This document shows, piece after piece, positions 58,867-64,000 of a stretch of DNA of 64,000 nucleotides. The position numbers and the translations under genes are program-made. How positions within the stretch are numbered: position 1 is the first letter of the stretch; each line of letters opens with the position of its first letter. A model generated the notes under the pieces. The model saw only the letters and a list, made by a program, of their open reading frames with translations, did no database searches and was not told the DNA's origin. Source of the DNA: Chromatiales bacterium (ex Bugula neritina AB1) (lineage in GTDB: Bacteria > Pseudomonadota > Gammaproteobacteria > Granulosicoccales > Granulosicoccaceae). The DNA is taken from NCBI GenBank assembly GCA_001730015.1, contig MDLA01000168.1, forward strand, positions 35,741 through 99,740, in the 5' to 3' direction.

Positions 58867-59255
58867 CTCTGCGTTACTACTTTCGCAGTATTACACCCAG
58901 CATATGCTTCAGCTGCCCTGAGACAATGGCCCGGCTACTGGTAGAATTCTCGTCAACTCTATCAAGGTGGACGTTATGGTCAAAATACCGGGCAAATTGA
59001 AGAGATTGATGAAACTTTACTACGCAGTCGTACAGAAGGACTACGATTCTTCCTTCGCCTGCTTCTTCTGATCTCAATGGCTGTATCTTAGAAAGGTCAA
59101 TGGACTAGTAAACAAGTATGATGGCTCAACAAGAAACTGGTGGAACCTCTCAGGCCACACTGGCGTTGCAGACACGGCCAGTTACATAGAATAAGGAGCT
59201 GTTCATTGGTATGAATGCGAATGCAATTGTGCAGATTCGAATTTGAACTTAAATT

Positions 59256-59474
59256 ATGGTTAGATTAAAAGTAAAGTGTATTTGTATAAATCCATATCTG
59301 GAAGAGCAGCCAAATAGCAGTCTGGTAGAAGGCCAGTTTGAGGGTAAAATGATAAGTCTAACTTTGAATAAGATTTATAATGCAACTGCAGAAGGGGGAT
59401 ATTTCAGAGTCATAGACAATACCGATGAAGACTACCTCTACCCGCAATGCATGTTCGAAATTGTCGATGAATGA
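59256..59474 (+). CDS. small hypothetical protein
   Basis: The 72-aa ORF has a C-terminal GGYFRVIDNTDEDYLYPQCMFEIVDE. This resembles a recurrent small-protein family (...RVIDESGEDYLYP...) that I recall only loosely. Confidence 0.4.
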   Translation: MVRLKVKCICINPYLEEQPNSSLVEGQFEGKMISLTLNKIYNATAEGGYFRVIDNTDEDYLYPQCMFEIVDE

Positions 59475-59613
59475 CTCAACCTTGTAAGAGTCCAAGGTCT
59501 GATTTTTCGGGATACATTAGCCATTCTTTCACTGCTTGCAGTCGCTGTTGCCGACTGGTAATTTCTGCGCCGGTAACCCCCCAGTTACATCAAAAATTCG
59601 TAATCACCCCGAT

Positions 59614-61815
59614 TTACACCAGCGGCAAACTGCGTCTGCGCTTACCATCGACTACCGCAAGCGCATTACACAGTGCGGGCGCTAAAGGCGGTACACCAAT
59701 CTCACCCACACCACCAATTGAGCTATCGCTTTGAATCAACACCACTTCAATCGACGGTGCTTCTGCCATACCCACAATTCTATAATCATGAAAGTTACTC
59801 TGCACAACACCACCGTCTTTCAGATCACACTTACCATAGAGCGCAGCTGACAACGCATAGTTAACTGCCCCCTGCACTTGCGCCTCAATCGCCTGCGGAT
59901 TTACGGGTACACCACAATCCACCGCACACCAAACCCGGAGCGCTCTGGGGCCGGTTGGCGTAAGCGTTGCCTCTACCACTTGCGCTACGGTCGAACCAAA
60001 ACTCTGCACCATCGCCACCCCCATCGCCCTGCCTCGATTATCGACGGCATTGCGCCAGCCAGACATTTCTGCAACCTTTTGCAGTACTCGTGCTGCGGGA
60101 GATTTTTCATCCAGCAGATCTAAACGATACTGCAAGGGATCAACATCTGCTGCCAGCGCCAGCTCATCGATAAAACTCTCGACAAAAAAACCGTGCTGCG
60201 AGTGCTCGACACTTCGCCAGAAACCAATTGGAACAGGATGGTCCTGGTCTGCATATTTCACGTCTATATTGGCTATTTGATATGGAGGTGCGACGGCCTT
60301 TATATTCATTTCTTTTCCGAAACTGCGCGAGCGCCACAGCGCGGGCTTTCCGTTACTAGACAATCCACCTTCAAACTGAGCTACCACCATCGGCCTATAT
60401 ACATCATTGCGGGTATCGGTTTCGCGGGACCAGGTGGCTTTAACTGGTTTATCTGTATCCACAGCGATGCGCACTGCCTGCACCAGCCAGTTCAACGGCT
60501 CATCTCCACTCATGCTATAGGCTACGCGCCTGCCAAATCCCCCGCCCATTTGGCGCGGATGCAGTATCACATCATCCAGGTTCAAGCCTGCCTCCTTTGC
60601 CGCACGCGATTTAGCCAGCAATGGATTTTGTACGCCGGCGATAATATGCAACTTGCCATCCTGCTGCCAGACTGTTGCATTCATCGGCTCAAGGGTCGCA
60701 TGCGCCAAATAGGGGACAATGTACTCTGCAGTCAAGGTCGCATCTATATTGTTCGGAGCACCGACATTCAGACCATCGACAAGCTTAGCTGCCAGCGCGG
60801 CACGCTGATTTGCGATTAGCAATTCAGTGCTGAGGTTTTCGTTCTTGTGGGCTTCGCGCGTGAACTTTACGCTGCGCACTGCTTTTTCTGCGCGCCAGGG
60901 ATTATCGGCTATCACCGCTACCCCTTCAGGTACAAGCAATACATCACTCACGCCGCGATTACGCTTCACTTCGGCTGCATTGTCTATCGATTTGACCTGT
61001 GCACCAAACACACCGCTGCCAGCAATCGCGGCGTACTGCATTCCGGGTACATCGGCATCGATGCCGTAATCGGCGTTGGCTATCACCTTTGCAGGCACGT
61101 CGATGCGTTCAACCGACTGCCCGATATAGCGATATTGCTGTGGCGATTTAAATGGTACGTCGCTCGGGGGTTGCCTTTTCGCTGCAATCTTCGCGAGCTC
61201 TCCATAAGTCCAGGTCCGACCAGACTCTGTATGGACGACGCGACCGGCCTCTGTCGACAGTGATTGTGCAGACAGCGCGAACTTTTCTGCTGCAACGTCA
61301 ATCAACATCTGGCGGGTGGCGGCGGCAGCATTTCGCATTGCATCCCAACCAGTGAAACGTACTGCTGAACTACCACCGGTCATCTGCATTTTCATTAGAT
61401 CACCCAGACGATAAAACCCGTTTTCAAACAGCGCACTCACCCAGTCGGGTGGCGTTATCATCTCACGTACAAAACCTTCGAAAACTTTGCCGTTAGAGTA
61501 GGCAAGTTCTACCGGAGCCAGCTCTAATCGCATTTGCGACCAGTCAGCATCCATCTCATCGGCAACAATCTGCATCAGGCCTGTTGCACTACCCTGCCCC
61601 ATATCGGTATGTGGATTGACGACGACAATTTCATTTTGCGCCGTGATCCGCAACCACAAATTGATCTGCGATGAATCATCGCTCTGATGTGCAGCGCGTT
61701 GAACGTTAAGGCGGTTATGGAGGAGCAAGTGCCCGCCAATTCCACTTATGCCTAACAGCATTCCGCCGCCGACGGCGGCACCCGAAATCATAACCACGCG
61801 TCTGCTTAGGCCCAT
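59614..61815 (-). CDS. molybdopterin-binding subunit of a xanthine dehydrogenase-family oxidoreductase (IorB / aldehyde oxidoreductase-like)
   Basis: The 733-aa protein has a Tat-like N-terminus (SRRVVMISGAAVGGGMLLG). It carries typical IorB-type blocks (MGQGSATGLMQIVADE, GGGFGRR, GEIGVPPLAPALCNA) and overlaps the upstream 2Fe-2S subunit gene by 1 nt. Confidence 0.9.
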   Translation of the reverse strand: MGLSRRVVMISGAAVGGGMLLGISGIGGHLLLHNRLNVQRAAHQSDDSSQINLWLRITAQNEIVVVNPHTDMGQGSATGLMQIVADEMDADWSQMRLELAPVELAYSNGKVFEGFVREMITPPDWVSALFENGFYRLGDLMKMQMTGGSSAVRFTGWDAMRNAAAATRQMLIDVAAEKFALSAQSLSTEAGRVVHTESGRTWTYGELAKIAAKRQPPSDVPFKSPQQYRYIGQSVERIDVPAKVIANADYGIDADVPGMQYAAIAGSGVFGAQVKSIDNAAEVKRNRGVSDVLLVPEGVAVIADNPWRAEKAVRSVKFTREAHKNENLSTELLIANQRAALAAKLVDGLNVGAPNNIDATLTAEYIVPYLAHATLEPMNATVWQQDGKLHIIAGVQNPLLAKSRAAKEAGLNLDDVILHPRQMGGGFGRRVAYSMSGDEPLNWLVQAVRIAVDTDKPVKATWSRETDTRNDVYRPMVVAQFEGGLSSNGKPALWRSRSFGKEMNIKAVAPPYQIANIDVKYADQDHPVPIGFWRSVEHSQHGFFVESFIDELALAADVDPLQYRLDLLDEKSPAARVLQKVAEMSGWRNAVDNRGRAMGVAMVQSFGSTVAQVVEATLTPTGPRALRVWCAVDCGVPVNPQAIEAQVQGAVNYALSAALYGKCDLKDGGVVQSNFHDYRIVGMAEAPSIEVVLIQSDSSIGGVGEIGVPPLAPALCNALAVVDGKRRRSLPLV

Positions 61816-62270
61816 TATAGCATCGCCTTCGCAGCAGATTTAATAGCTGCTCGAATTCGATCGTAGGTACCGCAGCGACAGAGGTTGGTTATCGCGGTAT
61901 CAATGTCCGCATCAGTCGGTTTCGGATTGCTGCTCAATAAGGCAACCGCTGCCATCTGCATGCCCGACTGACAATAGCCGCATTGCGGCACCTGATGCTC
62001 GATCCAGGCGCGCTGCACCGCGTGTGGAGCATCTGCGCTGCCTATTGATTCAATGGTATTGATCTGCTTGCCCATAGCTGCACTGACCGGATAGGTGCAA
62101 GAGCGTACGGGAGCACCATCGATATGGACCGTACATGCCCCGCACAAGCCAAGCCCACAGCCAAATTTGGTACCACGCAGTCCGGTTTCCTCACGAATAG
62201 CCCATAGCAACGGCATGTCCGGTTCTATATCAAGCACGTGCTCAGCGCTGTTTATGGTGAGTTTGATCAT
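61815..62270 (-). CDS. (2Fe-2S)-binding small subunit of the oxidoreductase
   Basis: GCGLGLCGACTV and QCGYCQSG...LCRCGTY are the two [2Fe-2S] cluster motifs of the XDH/IorA family. Confidence 0.9.
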   Translation of the reverse strand: MIKLTINSAEHVLDIEPDMPLLWAIREETGLRGTKFGCGLGLCGACTVHIDGAPVRSCTYPVSAAMGKQINTIESIGSADAPHAVQRAWIEHQVPQCGYCQSGMQMAAVALLSSNPKPTDADIDTAITNLCRCGTYDRIRAAIKSAAKAML

Positions 62271-62570
62271 TGGTAATTCAAGCCGTTATGTGAGGTTATT
62301 GCGAATGCCTGGCGTTGCCGCCGTTACTATTTTGATCCGCTTTGAAATTTTATAGAATCATTGAGTCCTCTTTAGCTATTAAACTTCTGAGAGGCGATTA
62401 CAAGTGAGACTGACAGATTTAAAGCCAGATCAAGCTTTCTCAGCTGGTGAAAAAAAAGCAATGCTGGCGGTACTGATCCCCCGCCGGCCCGTGGTACAGG
62501 AGCTTACCCCTTACGCAGTTCCGCAACCGGTTTTCGGCTGGCTTAACGATCAAATAACTGATAGCCCCTA

Positions 62571-62610
62571 CTCTTACAGTAATAAAGTCACTCTTACAGT
62601 AATAAAGTCC
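62571..62610. repeat. perfect 20-bp tandem duplication
   Basis: ACTCTTACAGTAATAAAGTC occurs twice back to back (62571-62590 and 62591-62610) in a 640-bp region without a convincing ORF. Confidence 0.9.
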
Positions 62611-62911
62611 CGCCAAGCATGATTGAACTGTTTGAAGGTCACACATAAAGCCGCTATTGTTGAATACAGACCTATTATACGGTGGTTACAGGTTGCAAAT
62701 TATCAGGGCAAATTGCTCAACACAGGCCCCCGACATTTTTTCAATATCTCCTGCACGAAACCTTTTGGGAAGATATCAAAGCGATCACTCAGGCAAAATG
62801 TCTTTTTTTTAACAAACCCGGCAGCCAGATACACCCCATGAACTCACCAAATCCAAACATCCGGCTCAACGATAACCAGTATTGTGCTTTCAGCCAGCTA
62901 CGAGAGGCGAG

Positions 62912-63580
62912 ATGACTCATCGCCATCGACTACTACGAAGTGTCTCTATCGTGTTGATATTGATGCTGGTGCCAATTATTCCATTTGCCCTATTTGGCGT
63001 ACAAAGCGAAGACTGGTTTCAGCAAACCTTAATCGACAACAACGCACTTGCAGCTGGAGGTCCGGTCGCAGCCGCCATCATCATCACAGCACTGATTGCT
63101 GATATTCTGTTGCCCGTTCCTGCTGCCGGAGTGCTTGCGTTCTCGGGGGCAACCTATGGCCTGACAGTAAGCACACTGATTGGATGGTTCGCATTGAATG
63201 CGGGCAGCGCACTGGGACGCTGGCTGGGAATACACTTCGGCCTGCCACTCGCCAGGCGACTATGCGCAGAGGAGGAACTCGATACCAGCCGGCTATGGCT
63301 TGACCGTTTCGGCCCCTGGATGCTCGCTTGCACGCGTGGTCTTCCAGTATTGGCCGAGGCATCCGTCTTGTTGGCTGGCGTCTACCGCATGAGCGCCAAA
63401 CGATTCTGGCCTCCGGTACTGTTTGCCAATCTGGTGGTCGCGGCAGCGTATTCTGCGCTCGGACACTTCGCCAGCGAGCATGATCGGCTGGGCCTGGCAT
63501 TGCTAATATCGATAGTGGTGCCATTACTCTTACTGGCGATATGGCTCACCTTTAGCCGCAGCACAGCCGTTTCGCGATAA
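62912..63580 (+). CDS. VTT-domain (DedA/TVP38-TMEM64 family) membrane protein
   Basis: ATG 62912 is preceded by GAGG. The protein has multiple TM segments, with LLPVPAAGVLAFSGATYG and LACTRGLPVLAEASVLLAGVYRMSAKRF resembling the VTT core. Confidence 0.6.
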   Translation: MTHRHRLLRSVSIVLILMLVPIIPFALFGVQSEDWFQQTLIDNNALAAGGPVAAAIIITALIADILLPVPAAGVLAFSGATYGLTVSTLIGWFALNAGSALGRWLGIHFGLPLARRLCAEEELDTSRLWLDRFGPWMLACTRGLPVLAEASVLLAGVYRMSAKRFWPPVLFANLVVAAAYSALGHFASEHDRLGLALLISIVVPLLLLAIWLTFSRSTAVSR

Positions 63581-63836
63581 AACGATCGCCGAATGGTTCC
63601 AGACACTGCATACGCACCACAAGGCGTCTACAGAAAAAAGCTGAAGTATCATGCGGCAACCGTCTCTACATGCGATAAAATAGCAGGCTGGCTCGTGGAC
63701 AGCAGGTAACACTGCAACTTTCAATTAAGATCGGTCGCAGCGTTCTAATTGAGCTTAAACCAGCCCGCCCCCAATCCTCTTCTGCCAGCTAAATTCGCAA
63801 GCAAAAGAGACTATCACCCCTAACCAAAGTGCATTC

Positions 63837-64000
63837 TATGAACGTTTTGTGGATTATGGCCGACCAACTGCGCTGGGACTATCTGAGCTGCTACGGCGCT
63901 AGTCACTTGCAAACCCCTAACATTGACTGGCTTGCCAGCCGGGGAGTGCGGTTTAATCGGGCCTATGTGCAATCGCCTATCTGTGGACCGAGTCGAATGA
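63837..64000 (+). CDS. sulfatase (formylglycine-dependent), N-terminal fragment running off the right edge
   Basis: My own translation gives MNVLWIMADQLRWDYLSCYGASHLQTPNIDWLASRGVRFNRAYVQSPICGPSRM. It contains the C-x-P-S-R sulfatase signature. Confidence 0.8.

Noticed and set aside
58877-59077. 66-aa TTG-initiated ORF, considered as a possible toxin-antitoxin component (RelE/HicA-like?)
   Set aside because: I could not match any toxin or antitoxin motif, there is no partner ORF, and the start codon is weak. It is left unannotated.
1-64000. CRISPR arrays, rRNA genes, intact IS elements and prophage genes
   Set aside because: No regularly spaced direct repeats, rRNA-like sequence, transposase with terminal inverted repeats, or phage structural genes were seen anywhere in the window.

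Overview
This is a chromosomal segment of a gammaproteobacterium with roughly 50% GC. Gene order resembles Pseudomonas/Cellvibrionales: plsC-gmhB-glyS-glyQ, glnA-ntrBC, purEK/purC, tkt-gap-pgk-pykA-fbaB and rpoD-tRNA. About 80% is ordinary housekeeping DNA. Four parts stand out. (1) At 28.76-37.13 kb, an eight-gene, translationally coupled type IV filament (T4P/T2SS-like) module sits between ntrC and purK. It has a GspE-like ATPase, a GspF-like platform, three bitopic or lipoprotein assembly proteins, a large Glu5-less pilin-like protein and two prepilins, but no secretin and no prepilin peptidase. (2) At 49,488-49,813, a tRNA with anticodon CAU (lysidine tRNA-Ile2 type) is split after the anticodon by a 249-nt ORF-less insert. 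The insert carries the conserved core of a group I (IC3, Azoarcus-like) intron. (3) Directly 3' of that tRNA lies an 8.6 kb decayed mobilizable island (49.81-58.49 kb) bracketed by a 42/43-bp direct repeat. It has no integrase. It carries mobC, a relaxase/helicase gene broken at three places, several gene stumps, an intact Uma2 nuclease, an orphan RES-domain toxin-like gene, and an AT-rich two-gene cassette. The cassette pairs a LuxI/FeeM-like GNAT N-acyltransferase with a heme-oxygenase-like putative diiron oxidase and is the best candidate for an undescribed small-molecule system. (4) At 5.5-7.9 kb, two paralogous SASA/SGNH-type esterases occur, one with five Cys-bracketed DPDGDGYGWEN repeats. 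No CRISPR array, rRNA or intact IS element was seen. All family assignments come from reading the translations and recalling motifs; no database search was possible.
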